Assembly (NCBI RefSeq): GCF_018977255.1
Contig: NW_024704749.1
Span: 3,162,001 to 3,226,000 of the forward strand
Direction of reading: 5' to 3'
Origin: Callorhinchus milii
Taxonomy: Eukaryota
Length of the DNA stretch: 64,000 nt
In this document: in pieces, positions 11,950-22,329 of the stretch
How the letters are laid out: the number at the start of each line of letters is the position of its first letter
How positions within the stretch are numbered: the stretch's first letter is position 1
Notes under the pieces: model-generated
Seen by the model: only the letters and a program-made list of their open reading frames with translations
Databases searched by the model: none
Told to the model about the DNA's origin: nothing
Translations under genes and position numbers: made by a program

Positions 11950-14690
11950 CCTCTCCCTTAAAATCCTCCTCCTCTACCGGCCCCCTAAAACCTCTCCCAC
12001 CTTCATCTCTGACATTTCAACACTCCTCACATCTCTTTGCCTCTGCTCCGATCGCCTCATCATCCTGGGCGACTTTAACCTACACTTCACCCCCTCCTGC
12101 TCCATCTCCACAGACTTCTCTTCCCTGCTCTCCTCACTCAACCTCTCCTTACACATAAACTCCCCCACTCACAGTCACGGCCACCCACTCGATTTGGTGA
12201 TCACCCGGGGCCTCAGTGTCTCGGATGTCACTATTACCGACAAGGCCATCTCTGACCACCACTTCATCTCCTTCACCACCTCCACCCCCCTCCCCACCTC
12301 CACCAGACCCACCACCATCTTCTACCGCCCTTGGAAGAAGTTACCCCCACAATCCCTAACCGATGCCTTGGAGTCCTCTGAACTCCTCTCCCTCTGGCCT
12401 TCAACCCTCACCGACCCCTCTTCTCCTCTCTCCCTCCTCCACAATACCCTCTCCTCCACACTCGATACTCTTGCCCCCATCACTTCCCGCACTGTCTCCT
12501 ACTCCCGCTCCTCCCCCTGGTACACCACCCACCTCCGCTCACTGAAAAGCCAGGTGCGGGCTGCTGAACGCACCTGTGTCAAATCTGGCCTAACGGTCCA
12601 CCGACAAATCTGGCTGGACCTCCTCAAAATTTACCGCTCCACTCTAGCCTCGGCCAAGTCGTCCTTCTACTCCAGGATAATCCTGGAGGCGAAGAACAAC
12701 CCCAGGCTACTGTTTTCCACCACAACCCGACTCCTCCGTCCCCCCCGCCACCCCGCGCAGGTCATCTCCTCCAACCTTCACTGCGAGGAGATGCTGGATT
12801 TCCTTGAATCCAAGATCAAGGGAATCCGCTCCGCGGTCACTTCCCCTCCAACTTCCACCCACCACCCACCCCTTCCCTCCCACACTCCGACTCCTACCCA
12901 TCCTCCCCTACACACCTTCGTACCCGTTTCCCCACCCTCTGTCACTGAACTCATCCTATCCCTAAAACCAACCACCTGCTCCCTTGACCCCATCCCCACT
13001 CCACTCCTTATCTCCCAGCTCCACTTTCTTGCCCCACATATCACTGACATCATCAACCTGTCCCTCTCCTCTGGCTCTGTCCCCATTCCATTAAAAACTG
13101 CCATCATCACGCCCACCCTGAAAAAACCCTCCCTTGATGCGTCGCAGCTATCAAGCTACCGGCCCATCTCCAACCTCCCCTTTCTCTCCAAGGTCTTGGA
13201 AAGAGTTGTCGCCTCCCAACTGCGCTCTTTCCTTTCCACCCATTCTCTTTTCGAACCCCTTCAGTCAGGTTTCCGTGCTGCCCATAGCACAGAAACTGCC
13301 CTGGTCAAGGTCACCAATGATATCCTGACCATCTGTGACCAGGGCTCCCTCTGTCTCCTCGTCCTCCTCGACCTATCGGCAGCATTCGATACGGTCGACC
13401 ACGCTATCCTACTCCACCGCTTGTCCTCCCACCTCAACCTTCAAGGCACTGTCCTTGAATGGTTTAGGTCGTACCTTTCTCACCGTCTTCATTTCGTCTC
13501 GACGAATGGCTTCTCCTCCACCCCCCGCACTGTCTCATGTGGTGTCCCTCAGGGCTCTGTCCTCGGTCCCCTCCTCTTCACCCTCTATATGCTCCCCCTT
13601 GGTGACATCATCCGCAGACATGGAGTTAACTTCCACATGTATGCGGATGACACCCAACTCTACCTTTCCTCCTCTACTCTCAACTCCACGACCACCGATG
13701 TCCTGACAGCCTGCCTGTCCGACATCGAGTCCTGGACGAGAGACAACTTTCTTCAGCTCAACGTGCGAAAAACCGAGGCCCTCCTGATTGGCTCACGTCA
13801 GCGCCTCCGCACCTCAGGCGCTGACACCATCAGCATCCAAGGCTGCACTCTCCACCTCTCAAAGCCAGTCAGGAACCTCGGCGTTTTGTTCGACCCTGAG
13901 CTGTCCTTTCTCCCTCACATCCGCACCACAACTGGCACCGCCTTCCATCACCTCCGGAACATCGCCAGACTACGGCACTACCTCACCCCTCACGCTGCTG
14001 AAACCCTGGTTCACGCCTTTGTCACCTCAAGGCTGGACTATGGGAACTCTCTCCTCGCCGGCCTTCCCGCCACCTCCCTCCACAAGCTGCAGGTCATTCA
14101 GAACTCTGCAGCTCGTGTACTGTCCCGCACCAGGCTTCGGGACCACATCACTCCCACCCTCGCTCGCCTCCACTGGCTCCCCATCCCCCAGAGGATTGAT
14201 TTCAAGATCCTCATCCTCACCTACAAGGCCATTCACGGCCTTGCTCCCTCCTACCTCTCCAACCTACTATCCCCCTACCTACCTGCCCGTACCCTCCGTT
14301 CCTCTGGCTCCGGTCTGCTCCACGTCCCCCGCCCCAACCGCCCTACCATCGGTGGTCGGGCCTTCAGCCTCTCAGCCCCCAGGCTCTGGAACTCCATCCC
14401 CCAGTGCCTTCGCCTTGCTTCCTCCCTTTCCTCCTTCAAGGCCGGTCTCAAAACCTTTCTCTTTGACCGTGCCTTCAGCTCCCCTCTCGACTCTCTTCCC
14501 CTCCTCGCTCCCTCCCTTCCCTCCCCTCACCCTGACCATTTCCCCCTCCTTGCTCCCTCCCTTCCCTCCCCTCACCCTGACCATTTCCCCCCTGCTCGGG
14601 TCATGACCCAACTGTGCAGCGCCTTGGGACGTCCTCCTGACGTGAAAGGCGCTTTATAAATGGAATCTTGTTGTTGTTGTTGTTGTTGTT
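11950..14690 (+). mobile_element. L2-clade LINE, 5'-truncated, uninterrupted ORF2 (partial APE endonuclease + RT)
   Basis: APE motifs YRPP, GDFN, LDL, SDH; RT motifs [33 protein letters not shown]; tail ending in (TTG)n. Confidence 0.95.
14496..14590 (+). repeat. 45-bp tandem duplication near the L2 3' end
   Basis: [15 protein letters not shown] repeated twice in the ORF. Confidence 0.9.
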
Positions 14691-14835
14691 TGTGGGACAC
14701 TGCTGAGCGGAATTGGCTGCCATATTTCACCCACAAAGTATACAGTCAATTCACTTTACAGTATATTTCATGAAGTGCTTGAAGAGGTGTCAAAAATGTG
14801 ATAAGGCGCGATATCAAATGCAACGATTATTATTA
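14688..14835 (+). mobile_element. 5'-truncated SINE (example of many; others near 4050, 4515, 5420, 5770, 8860, 17905, 20520, 23640, 24470, 24895, 35590, 36510, 39075, 49860, 51440, 62700)
   Basis: tgtgggac..aattggctgcc..cagtcaattcactttacag..gataaggcg.atatcaaatgcaa.gattatt signature. Confidence 0.8.
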
Positions 14836-15237
14836 TAAGTTGTTGTGCTGTGTGTTCTCCCATATCCTGGGCATCCCTTGGGGCTTTTTGAGGAAAGTTC
14901 CTCGGTGTCCTGGCCAACAACAGGCCAGATAAGATTTGTCATTCACTTCATAATCATTTGTTTTTTGACAAGAACATCTGGTAAAATCTCTACATTTCTT
15001 CTCTTCGTGTAACCATTTTTGAAATTTCATTGCAACATTTGACGCCTTGTTTTTTATTCCTCTGTCATTTTTAGGAAAATGCATTTTAAAACACACAAAC
15101 ATTGCTGTTAATTCTCTGTAGTTCCACAGCGCTGACTTCTGGATGCATAAAGTGTGACACTCAAGCTACCACCATAGGAACATCAACAAACTATTTGACG
15201 TTCAGACTGACTGCAAAGGTAGACATTCCAGAAAATA

Positions 15238-15594
15238 CTAATAATCCTTGCATTTGATATAGCCCCTTATCACGTCTTCATGTCTCAAAGCGCTTTAAAG
15301 AATATACTGTAAAGTGAGTTGACTGCATATTTTGTGGGCAAAACACGACAGCCAATTATGCACAGCAGTGTCCCACAAACAGTTGTGGAATGAGTGAGTA
15401 AATTATTTTTCTGAAGGGATTATTATCCCTGGAAAAGCAATCCGCCAATTGACTAACGATCGGGTTCCGACTTACTGCTAGGTAAACAGAGGTGTGTGTA
15501 GGAAATTTGCCTAATGTTTTTCCCTGCTTGGGAATCGAACCCAAGCCCTCTCGTCCATGAGGCGAGCATTTTAAACAGTAAGCTACAGGACTCC
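15238..15594 (-). mobile_element. Full-length SINE, long subfamily (extra central block)
   Basis: Same head and tail plus about 65 bp tctgtttacctagcagtaa...ttttcc. Confidence 0.85.
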
Positions 15595-16526
15595 ATGTCA
15601 ACAATTGGCTGCTGCAATTAGACTTTGCAGCACAAGCTTTAAAACAGAATTCAGTGTGACTGTGCTATTAAACTTTTAATTCAATAGTGATTTGTAGCAA
15701 TCATATTGCAAGTCTTAAAATGCTCCAATAATCAAATATTATTCTTTGCATTCGATATAGAACTTTTCATGTATCAAAGGCGTTTCACAGAATTTAATTC
15801 TTGGATCACCTGATATTGACGTGAAAAGCGCTATATCAAATGCAAGGATTATTATTATTATTATTATTATTATTGTGTTAATCTTGCACCAGAATGTGCA
15901 GAGCAGCTAGTGACTATTATGCTTAGGAGGGGCTCTCATTGGAGCTGAAGTCTATTCTGTGGCGATCTTGGATGTCCAGTTAGATTGCAGGACTCCAGGA
16001 AACTGTTGATGACAGCCTAAATAGTCAGCAGGATTTGGAGGGACATTCAGCTCCTATTAATCATGCTAGCCAAAGGCGTAATGGGTTAGGGTGATCTTTG
16101 CTAACCATCAGGAAGCTGGTCAGACAGTGCCATTGCAAGCCATGCAGTTTTAGTTGTTTAAACTCCAGCAGATACTCGAGATCCATAAACCTTTGCTCTT
16201 ACCAACCTACACCTTTCCAATACTATCTGGAATTAGGTAAGATGGGTACATTCCTCCAGGTAGTGTATGCTCCCATCCAGGCACAGAAATTTCTAAGTGC
16301 ACGTGGCTTACAGTCTGATTTGGAAACTTTTCCAAGTGTGATGATGGATTTCTGCGTATCAGAATCCTGACCAAAACAATGCAGTCCTTGGTGTGTATAG
16401 TGGTGAGCTGCTGTGGTTGAAGCTCTGCAAATGAATAAAAGTGTATATCTAGATTGTAGGTAATAATCCTTGCATTTGATATAGCACCTTATCACATCTT
16501 CCAGACATCTCAAAGCGCATCATAGG

Positions 16527-16722
16527 ATGGAACATGCAATGGAACAAGGAGTTGTTGAGGCAAATAGCATAGATGTATTTAAGGGAAAGCTAGATAGGTA
16601 CATGAGGGAGAAGGTTATGCTTGAAGGCTTAGTTGAAGAAGGGCAGGAGGCTCATGTGGAGCATACAAACCGGCCCAGACCAGTTGGGCCAAATAGCCTG
16701 TTTCTGTGCTGCATATTCTAAT
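16527..16722 (+). mobile_element. CR1 3' fragment
   Basis: VVEANSIDVFKGKLDRYM and tail gggccaaatagcctgtttctgtgctg. Confidence 0.8.
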
Positions 16723-17043
16723 GTATAGGATATGCTGTAGTGAATTGACTATTTTGTGTATGAAAGATAGAATAGTGGCAATACTTCCATGTTTTATGAT
16801 GCTCAAGTTGTGATTCACAAGATACTCAGTGCCTGTTGTCAACATAAAGAGCTCAAAGCTATGCTTGTTAGACGTCTAATGACCAACTAGTGAATTCAGA
16901 GATTCACCAGCTACTCAACAGCTGGGCATACACAAGGCAGAACATGAAATGGAAGTAAGGTCATCCACTTAGCATAAAATTTGAAGCCAAAGTGTTGGGA
17001 GGCAAAACATTACCACACGTTAAAATCAGGAGTTTCAATGAGG

Positions 17044-17049
17044 TTTATT
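17044..17049 (-). terminator. RPLP0: RPLP0 polyadenylation signal AATAAA
   Basis: TTTATT on + about 50 nt past the stop. Confidence 0.85.
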
Positions 17050-17097
17050 TTTGGTCAGACATCTCATTCAACTAATTTGGTTCTGCTGATTTAAGTT

Positions 17098-17247
17098 CTA
17101 GTCAAACAGGCCAAAGCCCATGTCATCATCTGATTCCTCAGATTCTTCTTTCTTCTCCTCCTTCTTCTCTTCTACCTTGGCTGCAGCTGGAGCAGCGTCA
17201 GCAACAGGTGCAGCAAAGGCAGATGGGTCAGCCAGGAAAGCCTTCAC
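17098..17247 (-). CDS. RPLP0: RPLP0 last exon ([11 protein letters not shown]...[13 protein letters not shown] stop)
   Basis: Canonical P-protein C-terminus; acceptor ttctcag. Confidence 0.98.
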   Translation of the reverse strand: MKAFLADPSAFAAPVADAAPAAAKVEEKKEEKKEESEESDDDMGFGLFD

Positions 17248-18149
17248 CTGAGAAAATCAAAGCAACAGTTCGAAAATCATCTTCCAACTATTTCAACTGC
17301 CACAACTCCAGTGGCGAAACACCTCAACATACCAGAGCAGTAAACCACAGGATCACATCTGACAATTCCCCAAAGGGCACATTGCCCACCTCATGCAAGA
17401 CATCAGAGAAAGCAGGGAACAGGAGAACCCAAAAAGTAGAGTATGACCTATTCATCTCTCCAGTGGAAATCGAAAGGCCTTTGATGTTCAAGAGAATCAT
17501 CCTCTTAGAACTACAGAGGAACAAAATGAGGAAGGAGGATGCAACCTGTGCCAAATAACAGCTTTTAAAATCATGTTCTGTGGAACTTATGATGCCCAAT
17601 CTCTATTCGCCATTGAAAAAACACCCAGTATTTAATTGTGAATAGGATTAATTCATCTATATGTTCTTTTTTTAATATAAAACTAAAAGCTTAAAAAACA
17701 CATTAAGCTACATACAGCATCTAGACAAACATTGGAAATAGATCACCAGAATTAACCCAACATTAATGAAAATTGACCCATGTAAAACCCCTTCAATGTT
17801 GCTGCCTATGCAGTTAAAAGGAAACAGCAACAGTCAGTTTGGTTTAGATACACTTAAGCGTGGTGATGGGTTCCCTCATGTCAGGACTGACCCCCAAACA
17901 TTTCCATTATCATTCCATTTGATATGCAGCTTCTCATGTCTTTGAGATGGCTCAAAGCACTTCACAGAATATACTGTAAAGTGAATTGACTGTATATTTT
18001 GCGGGCAAAACACAGCAACCAATTGGGCACAGCAGTGTCCCACAAACAGTCATAAATTGAAATGACCAAATTATTTCTGGTCATAGGAGCTGAAGCTCAC
18101 AACATCTTTTCAATTTGTAAAATATGTCACTTTTCTCCCCTCCCATTAC

Positions 18150-18290
18150 CTTCTCAGCCAATGGGAACACGTAGTCTGTCTCTACAGCAACCGCCAGAAC
18201 CCTCCTGTAACCATTGATGACAGAGTGTGGAATAGATGCAATCGTTGGGTAACCAATCTGCAGGCACACGCTGGCCACATTGCGGACTCC
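18150..18290 (-). CDS. RPLP0: RPLP0 exon 7 ([15 protein letters not shown]...FPLAEK)
   Basis: 141 nt, AG/GT ends. Confidence 0.98.
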
Positions 18291-18564
18291 CTGTGAAAGC
18301 AATGGAAAATGGTGAACAAGTGGAACAAAAAAAATCCCCAACTGGACAAAAATGTCTTCCACTGACTGCATCACACCAACTTTCTAGCAAGAGTCACTGG
18401 AGATTGATTACCCACAGGCGACCAGCAGTAGCTATAAATACATTCGATATCCCAGGAAGAGCCAAAAAAATCACTCAGTCCAATCCGGTATCCTTAACTC
18501 ACCTCTTTTTCTAGGTTTACAAAGCATCTAACTAGTTACCCACCACAGCACCCAATTCACATAC

Positions 18565-18750
18565 CTCTAAGAAACGTTGTTGCAGAGCTTCTTCTGTGAT
18601 GTCTAGAACCTCTGGGTTGTACACACTGCCATTATCATACACCTGCATGATCATCAGTCCATAGGAGAAGGGGGAGATGTTCAACATGTTCAGCAGTGTG
18701 GCTTCACTGGCGCCCACCTTGTCACCAACCTTAATGAGAGGCACGTCGCT
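18565..18750 (-). CDS. RPLP0: RPLP0 exon 6 ([20 protein letters not shown]...RFLE)
   Basis: 186 nt, AG/GT ends. Confidence 0.98.
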
Positions 18751-19100
18751 CTATGGAACAAAGAGATTAAATTGATATGTTGCTAAAATTGCCACCGACA
18801 CAGAGGATTAAAATCCTCCTGCCCTCCCCCCAAACTAACCATAAAATCTAGAAGAGAAAGGATAATTTAATATCATAAAAAGTGGAGCAAAAAATGTACA
18901 GCTCTTGGTACCTCACCTGTCAGGTTCCAGGTAAAATCAGATTAGGAAAACCAAAAGCTTTTAGAGTATACAACACAGATACAGGTTCATAACAAGCTTA
19001 CAGTAAGCAGAATTGTGAAGCTCAAGTGATAAAGGAGACAGTGTGTCACTCAAGGGGACAGTGTGTCATTCTTAGTTAACTGTGTGTTAGCAATACTCAC

Positions 19101-19247
19101 CAGAATTTCAATGGTACCTCTGGAGATCTTGGTGGTGATGCCCAGCGCCTGGAAGAAAGAGGTCTTCTCAGGTCCCAGCCCGGTGTTTTGAGCTGGCACA
19201 GTAACATCACAGGGAGCCAAGGCACCAGCCCGGGCACAAGCTGGTAC
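19101..19247 (-). CDS. RPLP0: RPLP0 exon 5 ([12 protein letters not shown]...GTIEIL)
   Basis: 147 nt, AG/GT ends. Confidence 0.98.
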
Positions 19248-19421
19248 CTGTGGAGGAAGTAAACACGAAAAATTCAACACAGTAGAAACAAAAGGATAAA
19301 CATGCACAAAGCTGAATCAACAATAAACAGCAGAGAAGAATAATGGAACAGAAGAAGCCGTTATCTTTAATAGAAACTAATTTTCAAGTAGCAAAACCCA
19401 TAAAAGCTTACACATTCACAA

Positions 19422-19556
19422 ACATGTATCCAACAGCTCTGTTCCCTTGTGATAATGAGGCAAGGCCAGAATGCGAGAAACGTATTCAGTTGAAACAGCT
19501 AGTCTCAACACTGAAGCGATTAGAATACCAAACTCACCATCTATCAGAGCATCGGT
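19422..19556 (-). ncRNA. Candidate box H/ACA snoRNA in RPLP0 intron 4
   Basis: Hairpin - AGACTA (19505-19500) - hairpin - ACA (19427-19425) + 3 nt; about 135 nt. Confidence 0.4.
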
Positions 19557-19951
19557 AAAGAATTGTATATATAATAGTTATACCCCTGGGGATCCAGAAC
19601 TCATACCTAATATATTTTGCACCCATGTGCTGGCCTTGAGAGCCACGGATAACAGCTTTGATTTGGTCCAGGCATTTATCACCATCGAAAAAAGCCAGCG
19701 CCAAAAAATGGCAGTAACAACTGGCATTGTAATTACAATTAGCCAGACATTCCGGCTCACCAGACCAGACATCCCCTCGCCCTAATTCTTCCAGCTAGCC
19801 TGGGTTTAAGTGTATTTTCTAAATAAAACGTCTCTCTCCAGTGATGGGTACTTCGGTACTATATTAAGAAACTCTTAAAATTCCTAATGTAACCTTTACC
19901 AGATGTACAGAATGGTGCCTCAGCCATAAGCGATAAAGAGATGGGGGTTAC

Positions 19952-20039
19952 CTTGTTGGACAGCAGCATATCCCGGATTTCACACAGATCCTCCTTGGTG
20001 AATACAAAGCCCACATTACCACGGATATGAGGCAAGAGC
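19952..20039 (-). CDS. RPLP0: RPLP0 exon 4 ([18 protein letters not shown]...SNK)
   Basis: 88 nt, AG/GT ends. Confidence 0.98.
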
Positions 20040-20179
20040 CTGAAAAAAAACAGTAGATTAGTAGAACGCCAAAAACTGTGATATCAGAGCCCACTCCAAA
20101 CGACTATTTACGGTTCACACTCAGCTGGCCAACACACATACTGGCTGGCACAAAGAAAATGTCTACAGTAGTTACATAC

Positions 20180-20355
20180 TTCTCCAGAGCAGGATTGTTC
20201 TCTATGTGGCCTCGGATCGCCTTGCGCATCATGGTATTCTTGCCCATCAACACAACAGCTTTGCTACGCAGGGAGATACGGATATGCTGCATCTGCTTGG
20301 AGCCAACATTGTCTGCCCCCACGATGAAACATTTCGGAAACTCATCCAGTAATTG
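20180..20355 (-). CDS. RPLP0: RPLP0 exon 3 ([23 protein letters not shown]...ALEK)
   Basis: 176 nt, AG/GT ends. Confidence 0.98.
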
Positions 20356-21021
20356 CTAGAGGCAATGGATCAAAAGTCAGTATTAATATTTATAATTTGC
20401 AAAATTCCAAACTTCTCCCATCGCTCCACATGCATGTATGCTACAGGTTTCAACAGGCTATCAAGTTCGACATCACATTTTTAGCTCTTGTTAAACTTGA
20501 AGACTGCCATATCGCCCATAAAATAAGCAGTCAATTCACTTTACAGTATATTCTGTGAAGCGCTTTGAGACGTCTCAAAGATGTGATAAGGCGATGGATG
20601 CTGCAAGGATTATAATTACTGAACAACAACAAATTACATTTGTAGAACGCCTTTCACGTCAGGAGGAAGTCCCAAAGCGCCGGACAATTAGAAATCTGCA
20701 CCTGAGCGGGTGGTTGTGATCAAGAGGCGTGAAGGGTAGGGGTAGGAGGTTAACTGAAGGCACGGTCAAAAGGGACTTGAAGGAGGCAAGGCGGAGGGAC
20801 TGTGTAACTTGCCCTCAGACACGCATTTCAGCACTTCTATTCAGTAATTGTTTGGATGATGTAGGCAACAGCATTGCTTTGTGTATTAGCTATTGTAGAA
20901 ATGAGCTTCTGCCACGAGTTTCAATTTATGCAACACAAAAGAAAATATTGACCCCCCCCGCACAGTTTGCTCCAAAGAACGTCATCTCCCACTGGGTGAA
21001 GGTGAAATAGATTAAGCTTAC

Positions 21022-21075
21022 GATAATTTTCAGAAAATAGTTGGACTTCCACGTTGCTCGGTCTTCCCTGGGCAT
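21022..21075 (-). CDS. RPLP0: RPLP0 exon 2 coding part (MPREDRATWKSNYFLKII); exon extends to 21127
   Basis: ATG 21075-21073, donor GTAAGC; total CDS 942 nt = 313 aa. Confidence 0.98.
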
Positions 21076-22217
21076 CTTTGCAGTGCTTCCAAGGATTGCC
21101 ACAAACTGGTTTAAAGACGAGATCTTACTGCAAGTCAATAAGAAAGAATACTATCAGACAACCACTGAACGTGGGCTACAACTACACCAGATAATAGTAC
21201 CAACTGCACCCCTCCAACTAAAAGAAAAAACATTCCATGAAAAATACAGTCTCCTATTGGCTCCAGAAAGAACTCACGTGATTCTACAGCTTCCAGCCTG
21301 CTCTATAACCCTATAACTGTTATAACTCTACAACCCCTTGATTCATCACCAGTTGGTCAAACTGGCCACTTTGCCCCGCTCTCTGGAACTCTCTCCCTAA
21401 AATCCCTCTATCTTGCACTTGGTCTCTCCACTGTCAAACTTATTCTTTGTAACTGTAAAGCACCTCAATGTAATCATTCTTGCATATGATATAGCACCTT
21501 ATCGCGTCGTCGAGACAGCAACAAGTGACATTTGTATACCGCACTTCGCATCAGGAGGACATCCCAAAGCGCTTCGTAGAATCCCTCGGAGTCAGGCTCC
21601 GCCTCCGTTAAGCGCTGAGATGCTACGCTGCATGGAGGGCACTGTATAAGTGCAAGTTGTTGTTGTATACGGTAAAGGTATTTGACTCTACATTTCGTGG
21701 GTGAAGATATGTTCGCATGAAACGAGCTGCACGAGTGCAAGTTAATTTTGCACGATCTTGTGTACCGCTGAGCTGACAACATCCGGTGATCCGTATATTA
21801 ATGAACGAGCTTCGCTCCTTGGGTCTTTAGCAAGACCGCTAACTTCAACTACGGAGTCAGAGACAGTATCACAATCGGGCTGAACGGCTCCCGCCGTTGG
21901 GACTCGCGCACCCGAATCCGAACCAGGCGCGGCCGGCCGCAATCTCACCCGCAAAACCACGTGGCTTTCGCGAAGGGCTTCGAGGCGTGCGCTGCGCGAC
22001 TGGTGCGATAGGACACGCAGACTATTGTTGTTATTATTCTGCTATCATCGCCCACCACAGCTGCTGACCCTTATATTCATGAGCGTGCTACACCCTGACC
22101 TGACCCGAGACCTGAAGCCCTGCGACTGACCGGTCAACACTTGAAGACGGACAACAGGTGAAAACCGCAGAGCTCAGCAACCGATGGTTGGGGAGAGAAT
22201 CACTGCGACGCGACACC

Positions 22218-22222
<5 letters not shown>

Positions 22223-22256
<34 letters not shown>
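22223..22256. repeat. (GT)n microsatellite in RPLP0 intron 1
   Basis: Direct reading. Confidence 0.95.
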
Positions 22257-22257
<1 letters not shown>

Positions 22258-22329
22258 TTGGGCCCCAATGCCCATGAGGTGCTGTGCGCTTATACATATA
22301 TATAATATATTAATAAAAATATATTATAT

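Noticed and set aside
13335-14611. Alternative-frame and antisense ORFs inside the L2
   Set aside because: Shadows of C-rich L2 codon usage
17324-17599. 91-aa minus and 116-aa plus ORFs, and an ACATCA...ATA H/ACA-like layout in RPLP0 intron 7
   Set aside because: No recognisable domain; pocket-to-box distances and stems do not fit
21154-21349. GTGATGA box C in RPLP0 intron 1
   Set aside because: Nearest CTGA is about 190 nt away and there is no terminal stem
22011-22020. GGACACGCAG resembling GCN1 exon 1 (MAADTQ)
   Set aside because: No ATG, no donor, wrong strand; chance match
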